A DNA stretch of 64,000 nt from Octopus vulgaris (taxonomy: Eukaryota). This document shows, in pieces, positions 1 through 12,791 of the stretch. The notes below the pieces were generated by a model, which ran no database searches, was not told the DNA's origin, and worked only from the letters and a program-made list of their open reading frames with translations. The stretch is from NCBI GenBank assembly GCA_951406725.2, contig OX597837.1:3906001-3970000 (forward strand), in the 5' to 3' direction. Made by a program: the position numbers and the translations under genes. Each line of letters opens with the position of its first letter. Within the stretch, counting starts at the first letter, position 1.

Positions 1-454
1 TTTCAAATGTCAGCCAGCGGTGCTCGAGGTATTAGCCACTTTACTACATGGGGTTCCTTCCTCAAACCCGTTTGCTTACAATTTTCATAAGTAGTTCTTC
101 GCTTCTTAAGTTCTGCAGTTTATAAGATAAAAATAAGTGATACCTGCTGAGTTTTAATAACACTGAAGATATTAATTTCAGTCTATTTTATCAACTACCA
201 CACCCCATGTGATTTGTCCCTTTTATCTTCTTTCCCATCCAGACTAAACATATTTGATTAATCACATAGAAACCAATATTTAGTGGATTGCTTGCATTAA
301 GAGCATAGCATCTGCGAATTTCATTTCTTTTCAGAAATGCATTTGCTATATAATTATTGATCTTTATTTCTAAACATAACCTTTTCTATGGGCGTAGGTT
401 TAAATTCTTTTTCATTAATTGTGTTTATCTCTACAATCGGCTTACTAAAATGCA

Positions 455-865
455 TATACTATATGTCTCAGAAACCTGGACGTTATCAAAGAAGCTTGAG
501 AAGCGGTTGGATAGAACCTACACTCGCCTCCTTATGAGAGCTCAAAATCTCTCGTAGAAGCATCATCCAACCAAAATGCAAATATATGGGAAACTACCAC
601 CTGTGTCATCTCTTGTGAAAGGTCGGAGAGTCGAGTTTGCTGGACATTGTTGTAGAGCTGAAAAAGAAGTAATTTCTACTCTTCTTCTCTGGAAGCCATC
701 TACTCGCAATACCAGAGGGCGCACACTCTCCTACTCTGATGTAATCTCCATGGATACAGGCATCTAGCAGCAGGACCTCCATAATGCTATGATGGACCGT
801 GAAGTCTGGCGTAGCATAGTAAATTCCATTGTCTCGACCACGGTCAAACAATGATGATGATGATG
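455..865 (+). mobile_element. RTE-clade LINE 3' fragment (decayed)
   Basis: Reads LYVSETWTLSKKLEKRLDRTYTRLLMRAQNLS*KHHPTK..RRVEFAGHCCR..LLLWKP..MMDREVWRSIV, a typical RTE C-terminus, with in-frame stops. Ends in a (TGA)n tail at ~851-865. Confidence 0.85.
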
Positions 866-918
866 TATATCAAAACCTAGCAGACGCACTGCTGCTTCCG
901 GTTATCTTATCGTTCAGC

Positions 919-959
<41 letters not shown>

Positions 960-1039
960 ACTTTTAATCTGTTTCAAAATGTTTGCTGACTTCATTTCCA
1001 TTCCATGGGGACACAGGTTTATGATGTCTCTAATCTTTA

Positions 1040-1400
1040 GTTTTGGAGCGCAGGTGGTCTCACCTTCCTTTTCACTACTACGACTTTGTGGGATGTATCA
1101 TATCCTTTATGACATATTCTGGTGTTGTATGTTGAGACATTGATGACCTCGAAGGGTAAATCCGCTTATGCATCAAGCTTTTAGTTTTAAGGTGTTGCTA
1201 GTTTCACCTTGATTTTCAGTCACAAATTCGTGGTCTTTGATACTACACATGGTTTGTTGAGGGCCATACATCGTTGCCTATGAACAATGGAACGTTTTTC
1301 TGAATCCAGTATTTTGTCTCATGGAGATGAGGGATAGTGCCGAGTCCAGTTTTTGCTGTGGGGGTCCTTTGTGATCACGACTTTCTTCAGTTGGTATGTG
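1040..1400 (-). mobile_element. Heavily decayed Tc1/mariner-superfamily transposase C-terminal remnant
   Basis: Minus strand gives ..LDSALS..HETKYWIQKNVPLFIGNDVWPS..ADLPFEVIN.., resembling the QDSAPSH..W...NVP.FI..D.WPS region. Frameshifted. Confidence 0.4.
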
Positions 1401-1674
1401 TTACAGCCATAGAGGAAAAAAACGAACGCATGAATAACCTTCAAATTTTCACGTACGTTTTCCGTCAGAATACTTGATATCAAGAAAAACATTTCTTTCC
1501 TTCAATGCTATTCTGAACGAAACGATTGGTTAGGGCTGTTTCGATATTGAGGTTTTGGCACGGCTGATTGGGAATTGAACTTGATGTGGTGAAAGTACGG
1601 TTCGGTATTGGAGACAAGGGTGCAACACACACACGCGCACAAACACACAGAGCTGCAGAAATAGACACACTTTG

Positions 1675-1912
1675 AGAGAAAGAGAGAAAAAGGAAAGAGA
1701 AGGTAAGAAGGAAAAAGAGAGTGGAAAGAGGGGAAGAGAGAGAGAGAGAGAAAGGGAGGGGAGAGATGAAAAGAGAAGGTAGAGAGAGGGAAAAACAGAG
1801 GAGAGAAGAGAATGAGAGACGGAGAGAGGGAAGATAGACGGCGAGAGACGGAAAGAGAGAGAGGAAGAAAGGGGGAAAAGAGAGAGGGAGAAGGAATGAA
1901 AGAGGAAAACAG
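1675..1912. repeat. Purine-rich (GA/GAA) low-complexity tract
   Basis: Degenerate GA-rich run that generates the spurious L/S/F ORFs at 1480-1933. Confidence 0.9.
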
Positions 1913-2247
1913 ATCATTATCCAGTTCTTTCAATTAGGTGGAGAAAAAGATGGAAGGTACCTTCAGTAGGTACCTCGAACTACGATACTAAATATAACAG
2001 CTAAATAGCCTCCCAGGCACAATCTGCGGCCTCCAATGAACGAATATGCATTGTAAACTTTGCTCATGCATACACATAATCCGAAATGACGAGGCAGAAT
2101 GGATCCAAGTGAAATGTCTTTAATTAGGAGGTTTGTTTGATCAGGAAGGACGACCTGGGGCTATACAATAAAAAGAAACAAAATCAGTACGAAGAGTAGT
2201 AAGCAAGATGTATCTAGGATGCGAACGCCAAAGGAAAGACGGAGATA

Positions 2248-2285
<38 letters not shown>

Positions 2286-2499
2286 GTATCGACCTATATA
2301 TTCCTATATGCATCAACCAATTGTATACACGTACACACAAAAAATAAGTACATTCATATGGACAAACATTTATACACATATATTTGAAGACGTGTGTATA
2401 AATATAAAGATGTATGCATCCATAGTCTTATATGCACTCATACAACTAAATAAATAGTTATACACATATTAATGTATGAATCCATCTCTCACTCTCTCC

Positions 2500-2537
<38 letters not shown>

Positions 2538-2672
2538 CTGTACCTCAATCTGCCACTCTCTCTCCGTCTTTTCCCACCGGTTTTCTCTGTTTCTGCCTTT
2601 CTCACTCACTCTGTGCATTTCTCTTTACAAATATGCATAGATTCACACTCAAATACAAACACAGACACACAC

Positions 2673-2675
<3 letters not shown>

Positions 2676-2720
<45 letters not shown>

Positions 2721-2743
2721 AAATCAAATTGCGATAAAATAAA

Positions 2744-2774
<31 letters not shown>

Positions 2775-2789
2775 CGTAGTATGTATATA

Positions 2790-2855
<66 letters not shown>

Positions 2856-3022
2856 CATATATATATATAGATATATATATACATAGATATATATACATAT
2901 ATATACGTACAGATATATAATATATATCTGTATATATATATACATACACACACACATATATATATACATACACACACACACACATATATATATATGTATA
3001 TATATATATGTATATATATATA
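2676..3022. repeat. (TA)n/(CA)n compound microsatellite (representative of dozens across the window)
   Basis: Seen directly. Similar arrays at 10060-10365, 10704-11000 (TATC/TACC), 12999-13085, 16095-16225 (TATG), 16600-16785, 33520-33660, 34327-34442, 39300-39590, 45140-46400, 55300-55394, 58462-58592 and others. Confidence 0.95.
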
Positions 3023-3153
3023 CTATTTAATGTACACCATTAATTTTTTTCACTAGATGGAGTATGTCTTTCTTGAGCTTCCTTTAACAGAATAGTAAAC
3101 TACACACACTCACACACACGCGTGTGTGTGTATGTGCGCGCAGCAGAGAGAGA

Positions 3154-3217
<64 letters not shown>

Positions 3218-3638
3218 TGGAGTCGGGTAGACAGGTGAAAACATTCTGTATAAAACACACATGCAGATAAAAAGACTTCAACAGTACGCTAGGTTTTTCC
3301 TAAGTAGACTCTCATCTTATGAATTATTTGACCATTGTTTCGAATTCAATGCATTCATCAACGTAAATGGATGTGAAAGAAAGGAGAGATTAAATTTCTT
3401 AAAACGTTTTGCCCATGTTTAAAATACATCATATTATTTCATGTGCAAATTACTATCGATTTATTTCATATATTCACAATAGCTAAGGTGAAATAAACTA
3501 GTCTTCGCTCTATGTGAAACACTTACAGATTAACGAAACCAAATTAAAAACATACGCTAGATAAATGGAGCAAAATGATAACTGTGATATTCTTCATGTG
3601 TCTCTTTATTGCAGAGTTAACGCTTTACAACAACAACA

Positions 3639-3688
<50 letters not shown>

Positions 3689-3709
3689 CATAGTTATTGT
3701 TATCAAAAC

Positions 3710-3893
3710 CACGAGCTGGCAGAATCTTCAGCACGCCGGTCGAAATGCTTAGCGCTATTTCGTCCGCCACTACATTCTGAGTTCAAATTCCACCCGAGGT
3801 CGACTTCGCCGCTTATCCTTTTGGGTCGGTAAAAAAGTATCAGTTTCCTGTTGCAAAATTTGAAACTATAATTATTATTATTATTATTATTAT
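3710..3893 (+). mobile_element. tRNA-derived SINE family A copy with (TTA)n tail
   Basis: gagctggcagaa..gagttcaaattc..gaggtcgact..atccttttgggtcg matches the copies at 7807, 21566 and 29317. Has a B-box-like GTTCAAAT and a (TTA)n tail at 3871-3893. Confidence 0.8.
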
Positions 3894-5665
3894 TTTTCTT
3901 CTTTCAAATTTTCTTCCATTTCTTGCCGAGTGTCTTCCCGACTCTTAGGGCAAAGAAACTCATAGTGTATATTGGTAGGCCATTAAACCAAACTCAGTAG
4001 TTCGTTCATTTTTTTTTTTTTTTTAAAGTTAAATTAAAATACATGAGCAGCAACAGTTCTCACATCGACAATGCTCTTCTCAATACGTGTGATGTACCAG
4101 TTAAGACAATCTTTTGCACTTCTTGCAGGGATGGTAAGCCAGGGATCATTCTCATATAATTTTCGGTTCCCTTCTTGATCATTCCTAGTGCTCCTACGAT
4201 CACTGGTATTGTAACCGCCTTGAGATGCCACATTTTCTCAATTTCAATGAGTAGGTCTTTATATTTTCTGAGCTTGTCAAACTCTTTCGCTGAGATATTA
4301 TGATCACAGGGGATGCTCATGTCGATCAATAAGCAAACTTTATTGTTTTGGTCTTTCACAACAATATCTGGTTTATTGGCCTTGATGGTTCGGTCTGTAT
4401 GTACTGGAAAGTCCCACAGAATGGTTACATTTTCTCCTTCAGTTACAGCCTCAGGGTGGTGATTATACCACTTGTCGGCAGTTTTGATATTGTAATGCCG
4501 ACTTATTAGCCAGTGGAGATATTGGCCAACTCTGTCATGTCTTAATTTATACTCCACTGGTGCTAAAACTTTACATCCAGAGATTAGGTGGTCCACTGTT
4601 TCAATCATGTCGTTGCAGAATCGGCATTTTGGGTCTGCTCCATTTTTCATCACATTGGCCTGGTAGTTCCGGGTTAATAGGCTTTGGTCTTGAGCAGCCA
4701 GGATGAAACCTTCGCTCTCTGCTTTTAGCCCTGAGCTCCGCAGCCACTGATGGGTTTGCTTCTGGTCAACATCAGCTTGTTTGCTGCGGGTCACATATTT
4801 GCCGTGCAGAGGTTTCTCCTCCCACCTATCAGCCAATTGCTCGTGCGCTTTTTTCATTGCCATCATTTTCACCTTCTTTGCAACAATAGTTGCCGTACTT
4901 CCCTCGGGTTGTTCAGTTTGGGTATCCTGCACAAGATCAATAGCAAATTTTTTGCTTTCCTTTATGATAGAATGAAGCTTCTTTCGTCTCTCGTGATTTT
5001 CCACGAGCTTTAGCATCCAGTCATTCGATATTTCGAGATATTTGGCCAGTCCAATTGTGGTTGTTTTGTAAGCTAGTTCAAATTGGATCAGGCCTCGACC
5101 TCCTTGGGCTCTGGGAAGGTAAAGGCGATCTACGTCTGCCTTTGGGTGGTGCATCCTATTACAACTCAGCAGCTTGCGTATTTTTCTATCTATATTCTTT
5201 ACTTCACTCATATTCCAGTTCAACACATTGTAGCTATAAGTAACAACTGGAACTGCTAAGGAATTTGTAGCTAACACCTTGTTACGTGCATTTAGTTCAG
5301 ATTTCAGGACTGCACGAACTCTCCTATAACATTCCTTCCTGATTTTCTCTTTCATGCTTGCATGCTGAATACCAGAGCCTTCATTTATCCCTAAATATTT
5401 GTATGTCTGTTCTTGCTCAAGCTCTCTTATGACTGTGTCAACATCTAACACGACTGAATTTGTGGTCTTCACTTTCCCTTTCTGGAAAGTGGCCTTGGCA
5501 CACTTCTCAAGTCCAAACTCCATCCCGATGTCATCGCTGAATGCTTTCACGGTGCGCAATAGGCCTTCAAGTTCATTATTGTCTTTACCATAAAGTTTTA
5601 AGTCATCCATATAAAATAGATGGCTTATTTTTTTATTGGCAATTTTATACCCATACCCTGTTCTG

Positions 5666-5667
<2 letters not shown>
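3894..5667 (-). mobile_element. R4/Dong-clade RLE non-LTR retrotransposon, 5'-truncated, inserted in (TAA)n
   Basis: Intact 3' ORF plus a 3' UTR (3894-4059), flanked on both sides by (TTA)n (3871-3893 and 5668-5746), which is the known Dong target. Confidence 0.9.
4060..5610 (-). CDS. R4/Dong reverse transcriptase C-terminal half, CCHC zinc knuckle and PD-(D/E)xK restriction-like endonuclease (5'-truncated; frame continues to ~5667)
   Basis: SHLFYMDDLKLY (RT catalytic motif), GLEKCA, YKYLG, KPLHGKY, CRFC..ETVDHLISGC, RHDRV, KPDIVVKD..IDMSIPCD..KYKDL, PVIVGALG. 516 codons without a stop. Confidence 0.9.
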   Translation of the reverse strand: MDDLKLYGKDNNELEGLLRTVKAFSDDIGMEFGLEKCAKATFQKGKVKTTNSVVLDVDTVIRELEQEQTYKYLGINEGSGIQHASMKEKIRKECYRRVRAVLKSELNARNKVLATNSLAVPVVTYSYNVLNWNMSEVKNIDRKIRKLLSCNRMHHPKADVDRLYLPRAQGGRGLIQFELAYKTTTIGLAKYLEISNDWMLKLVENHERRKKLHSIIKESKKFAIDLVQDTQTEQPEGSTATIVAKKVKMMAMKKAHEQLADRWEEKPLHGKYVTRSKQADVDQKQTHQWLRSSGLKAESEGFILAAQDQSLLTRNYQANVMKNGADPKCRFCNDMIETVDHLISGCKVLAPVEYKLRHDRVGQYLHWLISRHYNIKTADKWYNHHPEAVTEGENVTILWDFPVHTDRTIKANKPDIVVKDQNNKVCLLIDMSIPCDHNISAKEFDKLRKYKDLLIEIEKMWHLKAVTIPVIVGALGMIKKGTENYMRMIPGLPSLQEVQKIVLTGTSHVLRRALSM

Positions 5668-5746
<79 letters not shown>

Positions 5747-5747
<1 letters not shown>

Positions 5748-6125
5748 TCCTTCTTCAAATTTTCTGCCGTTTCTCGCCGAGTGTTTTTCCGTACACCTAG
5801 GGCAGAGAAGCTCATTGTATACATAGTGATAATTCTCTTATCAGGACATCAGCTGTTCAAGTTTACACAATTTTTTGCACTTCCCGTAGGGATGGTAAGC
5901 CTGGAATCATTTTCAAATAGATTTCAGTACCTTTTTTTTGTTATCATTCCTAGAGATCTTACAACTACTGGTACTGTAGTCGCCTTGAGATGGCACGTTT
6001 TTTCAATTTCTATTAGCAAGTCTTTATATTTAACGATCTTGTCAAATTCTTTCGCCGCTATATTGTGATCGCAAGGAATACTCATGTCAATTAATAAACA
6101 CACCTTTTTTATCTGATTTAACACA
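5747..6125 (-). mobile_element. Second, older R4/Dong 3' fragment
   Basis: KKVCLLIDMSIPCDHNIAAKEFDKIVKYKDLLIEIEK is homologous to the first copy. Its 3' UTR start (ttcttcaaattttct..gccgagtgt..tagggca) parallels 3896-3970. Confidence 0.85.
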
Positions 6126-6161
6126 CCTTTTTTGTCTCATCTAACACGCCTTTTTGTCTGA

Positions 6162-6282
6162 TCTTCTTCTTCTTCTTCTTCTTCTTCTTCTTCTTCTTCT
6201 TCTTCTTCTTCTTCTTCTTCTTCTTCTTCTTCTTCTTCTTCTTCTTCTTCTTCTTCTTCTTCTTCTTCTTCTTCTTCTTCTT

Positions 6283-6343
<61 letters not shown>
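6162..6343. repeat. (CTT)n followed by (TTA)n microsatellite
   Basis: Seen directly. Confidence 0.95.
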
Positions 6344-6345
<2 letters not shown>

Positions 6346-6754
6346 ATTCACTGCGGAATTCATAAGACGTGTTTTCAAGCGCTCCACGTTTGTGCAGCTC
6401 AATACACTTATTTACACCAGTTTGGTGCTTATCTGCGTTATTTATTTTATTCCAAGTTATCAATAGAAACACCAGGAACCTGTGACTGGTTTTCTACGGT
6501 TGTTTATCTTCTCAAAAGGCTCTAATTCGCCCACCAAATAAATTCGGTGGGCGTTTAATTAAATTTAAACAAACACGACTCGAAAAGATGGAAGAGCTCG
6601 ACTTGAAAGATTTGAGAATAAACAAAACAACCCCTCCCACGAAACTGGTGACTGCTGAAGATTTCCTCTGACCTCCCTCCCTCCGTTACTGGCAACAATA
6701 CAGGTGAAGGGGAGGAGAAAAGCGAAAGTGTTACGGTACGAAGTTCACATCGTC

Positions 6755-6807
6755 GTAGTGGCAGTAGCAACAGCAACAGTAACTGCAACAGCGGTAGCAG
6801 TGAAAAA

Positions 6808-6863
<56 letters not shown>

Positions 6864-6963
6864 CAGTAGTAGTAGTTGTAGTAGTAGTAATAGTAGTAGT
6901 AATAGTAGTAGCAGCAGCAGTAGTATTAGTAGTAGTAGTAGCAGCAGCAGCAACAGCAGCAGC

Positions 6964-6998
<35 letters not shown>

Positions 6999-7013
6999 CA
7001 GCAGAAGCAGCAA

Positions 7014-7046
<33 letters not shown>

Positions 7047-7092
7047 TAGCAGCAGCAGTAGCAATGGTAGTAGTAGTAGTAGTAGTGGTGGT

Positions 7093-7127
<35 letters not shown>

Positions 7128-7213
7128 TAGTAGCAGCAGTAGCAGCAGCAGTTGTAGCAGCAGTAGTAGCAGTAGTAGTAGCAGCAGTAGTAGTAGTAGT
7201 AGTTGCAGTAGTT

Positions 7214-7246
<33 letters not shown>

Positions 7247-7262
7247 TTAGTAGTAGCAACAA
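6755..7262. repeat. Compound (GTA)n/(GCA)n trinucleotide array
   Basis: ~500 bp of alternating agt/agc triplets held in one register. Confidence 0.95.
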
Positions 7263-7500
7263 CGAAAGACACAGCAACTCCCGGGGAGGACCGATCCGGG
7301 GTTGACCTGGAGATACTTCTCCAGGTCAGACGTGAAAAAATGAAATCCCGGACCACACCTGTCTCTAGAACGGGACAGTAATACACCTGATGACTGAGGG
7401 CAAAATACCGCATTGCTTCGCGGCTGCAATCAACAAATCTCCTCCCTCAAAGTTTCAGGCTTTGTGCCTATAGTAGAAAGGATTACTATTATATTTACTA

Positions 7501-7799
7501 CTAGCAGTATCGCCCGGCGTTGCTCGGGTTTGTAAGGGAAATAACTATATAAGCATTTTTAGAGAGTTATTTCCCTTATATAATATCGAAAAAATGCATT
7601 AAAAATGGGAAAAAATGATGGTAATTTTTTTTTTAAATCGTAGACTCATCGTAGACGCGCGCTAATACCCAGAAGGGCTCGATAAGAATCACGACTATAA
7701 GATACCGGCTTTTGGTTACACTGCACCGCAAAATGTGGGAGTAGTTAGGAATCTAAATCGTAGGAGACAGACACGCAACTTCACTTTTATATATAAAGA
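7501..7799 (-). mobile_element. Non-autonomous Helitron copy 1
   Basis: Minus strand starts TC(tttatatataaaa) and ends cccgagcaacgccggg (hairpin) + cgatactgCTAG. Sits between A and T with no TSD. Homologous to 49521 and 54051. Confidence 0.85.
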
Positions 7800-7806
7800 T
7801 TATTAA

Positions 7807-8150
7807 AGCGGCGAGCTAGCAGAAACGTTAGCACGTCGGGCGAAATGCGTAGCCGTATTTCGTCTGCCGCTACGTTCTGATTTCAAATTCCGCCGAGGTC
7901 GACTTTGCCTTTCATCCTTTCGGAGTCCATTAAGTAAGTACCAGTTACGCACTGGGGTCGATGTAATCCCTTTGTCTGTCCTTGATTGTCCCCTCTATGT
8001 TTAGCCCCTTGTGGGCAATAAAGAAATAAGAATCGTTAGCATCCCCGACAAATTGCTTAGCGGCATTTCCTTCGTCCTTACCTTCTGAGTCCAATTTCCA
8101 CCGGAGTCGAATTTGCCTTTCCTCCTTTCAGGTTCAGTAAAATAAGTACC
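7807..8150 (+). mobile_element. SINE family A, head-to-tail dimeric copy
   Basis: gcggcgagctagcagaaacgttagc..tttgcctttcatcctttcgg..aagtaccag, followed by a second head unit from ~8031. Confidence 0.85.
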
Positions 8151-8924
8151 GCACAGAGGGACTGAACTCAAACCAGCTGCTTGCGAAGCAGCCTTGCCCG
8201 TGGCTTTATATTAAGAGATTTATAGAAGGATTTTTACAAATAAAAACTTTTCCATAGAAAAGATATCTACACAAAATACAGATGAATGGTTGCCCACTAA
8301 TGAAATTATAATTGTACAAACACCTGTATACTAGAGACTAGTAAAGAGAAAGCATGGCTTAGATTGACGAATTTTAACAATGGGGAATATATATTAGTGA
8401 TTTGTGCTAAAGTGGTTTTACTTGTTGGTGCAGTTAATAATTGTTAAAATAAATATTTTTGAAATTGTACACATTGATGAGTTTGTTATCACTGTCTGAG
8501 CATGCATGTAGTGAAATGTCATGTGGTTATGCAGCCATACCGGAATATTTACTTTCACGTAGTCATGTATTCCCATATTCCCAGAAATAAACCGCCGTTA
8601 TATTCTGCATGATTCAATTGCGATTTGAGTTGATATGATTATATAGAGATGGCATGCAATCATGATACGAATTTAATACTTCTAAATGGTACAGCTCCTC
8701 GACCAACGAATTGGAAGTGTTGTCAAACTTTTGGTCGAAATATCTTGCAAAGGATTGTTCCAGCAGTTTCTTTTTCTGCATTCTAAGTTCGATTCTCTCA
8801 GAGGCCGTCTCTGATTTTTATCCTTTTGGAAGTGATAAAATAAAGTATCATGCACTATTGAGCGTCTGTAAATTCGACAGTTGCCTTTCAACAAAACTGG
8901 GCCTTAATGCATACGTGATATCGT

Positions 8925-9300
8925 CACACACATACACACATATTCCGAGGAACATGGAAGCATATAACATCATCCACCAAAACATACCACTCCTCATGAA
9001 GGACCTGCGAATGAAAAACGCACTGGAAACATAGGATTATTAAATGTAAGAGACAACCGCAATCATTAAAAATGTTACACTCCAGCGCCAAATTATCCAC
9101 TAAAAATACAACCCCACTAGTAAAAAGTGCAATTGGCCTCACTGCGAAACTGGCATCTTTCTCTTAGAGGGCTCAACATACAAATTTAAGTCAAGTCAAA
9201 CTTTTACCATAAAGGATCACTTCATCTGTGTTTCGAATGATATCACCTGTAGATATAGCATGGAAACAATATACAGGTATGCCCGGACAATGCGTACGTA
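8925..9300 (+). mobile_element. Penelope-like element linker/GIY-YIG remnant
   Basis: THIPRNMEAYNIIHQNIPLL..IIKCKRQPQSLK..SAKL..KCNWPHCET..FTIKDHFICVSND..KQYTG matches the Cys-rich linker and the start of the GIY-YIG domain of PLEs. Frameshifted. Confidence 0.7.
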
Positions 9301-9893
9301 ATAATAAATTCAAATATGTAATAGAAGTCTCAAAAATAGCGAAACATCAATGCCCGTCTCTCCAGGATGGGTTAGAGGTGAGTTATCACGCCAGTCCACG
9401 ATTTTCAAGTGAATAAAGACCAGACGCTTATCTCACTTTAAGGATATCTGGTCGATAGTGTTTATTCACTAGCGCTGCGCGGGCATGTGTATGTGCGAGT
9501 ATCGTTGCTGAAATGTTTTGTCGCCAAGAATGGCTGAACGTCCAATAAGCCGAATCATATCAACAGCGCCCATACAACTGCGCCCAATCGCCTCAAACGG
9601 AACATTATTGTTGCACTATGTTCGTATATACATAACTAACAACCTTGAGAAGCTGCTCATTGAAACACAAGAAAGAAGACACCTAATTAGAGATTTGTAT
9701 CTATACAGCCACTGAAGCAAAATCTGTAAAACATTTCTCAGCTCGTTATTTGATCTATATATGTAATGACATCGATGTCTACACCCATGAGTATGCGCAC
9801 ATATGCATGTATATGCATACAAATGCTCATAACTTACAAACATAGATATACAAACATACGTACATACATAGATACATAAATACGTACACATGC

Positions 9894-10026
9894 CAGTGGC
9901 GTAACGTGACGGTTAGAAGTTATGTTGAACGCACCAGAGAGGCAGTTCTGTATACTTGTGTTTGCTGCAGTCTAGGATACGTTGCATACAGGGAAGCGGG
10001 TGGCCTAAACATATTCTACGCCACTG
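9894..10026. mobile_element. hAT-like MITE
   Basis: Perfect 10-bp TIRs cagtggcgta/tacgccactg. The flanking 8-mers acacatgc/atacatac (6/8 identical) are a possible TSD. Confidence 0.6.
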
Positions 10027-10192
10027 ATACATACATGCATACATACACACACACGCATATATATATATATGTATATATATATATATGTATATGTATATGT
10101 ATAGGAAGGTTATATATATATATATGTATGTATAAAGTTATATATATATATTTATATATATATGTATAGGAAGGTTTTACATATGTACAAAG

Positions 10193-10263
<71 letters not shown>

Positions 10264-10295
10264 TTAATATATATGTATATATATATATATTTATT

Positions 10296-10366
<71 letters not shown>

Positions 10367-10703
10367 GCATACATACACAAACGCACACACACAACATACC
10401 CACATAATCACACACAAACGCGCGCACACACTTGTATATACACATGCAAGATCTAACCTGTTGTTGATGTCTAAATTCCAATGAAAGAATCTTGCTTCCA
10501 GGCTAGAATCCGGCTGTTGCCCCACTGGTGAGAAATTCGAAAGAAATAATAGAACCAGAAAAAACACATAGAAGAAAATATCCATGTATCTACACATATA
10601 CATGTGTGTGTCTGCGTGTGTGTGTGAGTGTGTGAGTGTGTGTGGGTCTGCTTGTTTACAACTTAAATTTTTGCATACAAGTAGAATTTTTGCATACGAG
10701 TAG

Positions 10704-10833
<130 letters not shown>

Positions 10834-10942
10834 TTAACTATTTATCTAACTACCTACCTATCTACCTATCTACCTACCTACCTACCTACCTACCTACCTA
10901 CCTACCTACCTACCTACCTACCTGTCTATCTACCTACCTGTA

Positions 10943-10996
<54 letters not shown>

Positions 10997-11158
10997 CCTA
11001 TCTACCAACGGATCAGTAAATATACTTTGGTACATTAAAACTTGCTTCAAACCATGTTATTTCATCATATATTTGTGTATTTATGTATGTATGTTTGTAC
11101 GTGTTTATATAAACATAAAGAATTGCATTGATTGCACTTTCTGTATGTAATTTCATTC

Positions 11159-11231
<73 letters not shown>

Positions 11232-11248
11232 TACATATGTATATATAT

Positions 11249-11352
11249 ATGTGAGTGTCTGCGAGAGTATTCACATGTATACATCTATATATATATATAT
11301 ATATATATATACATAGATGTATACATGTGAATACTCTCGCAGACACTCACAT
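11249..11352. repeat. Perfect ~40-bp inverted repeat centred on (TA)n
   Basis: atgtgagtgtctgcgagagtattcacatgtatacatctat ... atagatgtatacatgtgaatactctcgcagacactcacat. Confidence 0.9.
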
Positions 11353-11539
11353 GTATATATGCACACATACACACGCACACACACACACACACCCATATAT
11401 ATATATTCATATATATATATGTATATATATGTATCTATATATGTCTGTGTGTATATGTATATATATATGTATGTATGCATGTTTGTGTATATATATATAT
11501 TCATGCACATATACGCACGCATACGTTTGTGTGTATATA

Positions 11540-11587
<48 letters not shown>

Positions 11588-11776
11588 GGTATATATGCAT
11601 ATATATATATATACATATATGAATCGGTGTGCAAGCCAGTCGTGTGGGTAATGCATGCATTCATTCATACATACATACATACATACATACATACATACAT
11701 ACATACATACATACATACATACATACATTTCATATCTTCTCTATTATGTACTATTACTCAAACACTTTCTCGCACC

Positions 11777-11823
11777 GTCTCTGGTGAAGAATTATATAAA
11801 AATCCCGGAAACAGCTGTAAGAC
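11777..11823 (+). ncRNA. Type-I hammerhead ribozyme-like motif (core substitution)
   Basis: gtct-CTGGTGA-..-GAAAC-agct-GTA-agac. Stem I gtct/agac, palindromic ACAGCTGT stem III, A6 changed to G. Confidence 0.6.
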
Positions 11824-11951
11824 CTCCTTATAAATATTCTGAAAACTATTCACAGCCTTAGATTTTTTTATCGCATTCTGTTAATTTATACATAAATTAT
11901 ACATAATTTATATATATGTATGTATGTATGAGTATATGGGTATATATATAG

Positions 11952-12180
11952 TTAATCCAAGTTAATTCACATGAACAAGCAAGAAAAACAACAACAAAAA
12001 AATAACACGAGGACGTGGAACAAGTAAAGTGTTATTGGACGCTCAGTAAAGGGAAGAAAAGAAAGAGGAGTTCATGTTTCGTGCGGAGCTCTTCATCAGA
12101 AATATAGAAAAAGTCAAAAGAAGGGAAGACGGAGAAAGAAAATCGCCAACGATACACACGCGGTCACATATTGAAATGAT
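11952..12180 (-). mobile_element. Short hammerhead-bearing module (same family as 60009-60232)
   Basis: Minus strand attt-CTGATGA-a-gagc-tcc-gcac-GAAAC at 12075-12103. The flanks align with 60009-60232 (gagcgtc..aata..acttt..tgttccacgtcct..ttggattaac). Confidence 0.7.
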
Positions 12181-12424
12181 CGGAAGGGAATGCGTGAAGA
12201 AAAAGTTCTTTCAAAGACAGGAGAGTGCAAGAGAAGGAGGTATGTGTGTGTATGTGTGTATGTGTGGGTATGTACGCGCGCGCAGGTCTGCGTGTGTATG
12301 TGTGTAATGATAGAACGTGTGTGTGTGTGTGGTTGTTGCTTTTTATCTATGCGTGTGGTTGGGCTTAGTATCGTTTAAGGTATATGTATTTATATATATA
12401 TATATATATATACAAATAGAGATA

Positions 12425-12551
12425 ATCTCCGAAGAGGCCTTATGACATCTTTGTAAATGTCTCATTTATATCTCTATATTGACCTACCATAAAAGGCTGA
12501 TATTGGTAAAATGAGACATACTTATCTACATGGCCGAAACAGCCGTAAGAT
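12425..12551 (+). ncRNA. Type-I hammerhead-like motif with long stem II
   Basis: atct-CCGAAGA-ggcc..tgtctcattt..aaatgagaca..ggcc-GAAAC-agcc-GTA-agat. Stems I and II pair. U4 is C. Confidence 0.65.
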
Positions 12552-12791
12552 GTAATCTATATTTATATTTACTTATATTTATATTCTCTTTTTTATATAT
12601 ATTCTACTTATTATACAACATTACTCTTTTATATACACTTTTTATGTGCATTCCTTTATGTACACTGATTTGTTCTGCTTTTTTATGTAATGGTTTAATA
12701 AAGTATGTGATTGAGTATTATCTGGTAATTGATATTTGATTTAGATGTATTTCTCCATTTTCTTATCTTGTATATATATATATATTGGCTC

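Noticed and set aside
3329-3362. TTGATGA..GAAAC-aatg-GTC on the minus strand
   Set aside because: Neither stem I nor stem II pairs, so it is probably chance.
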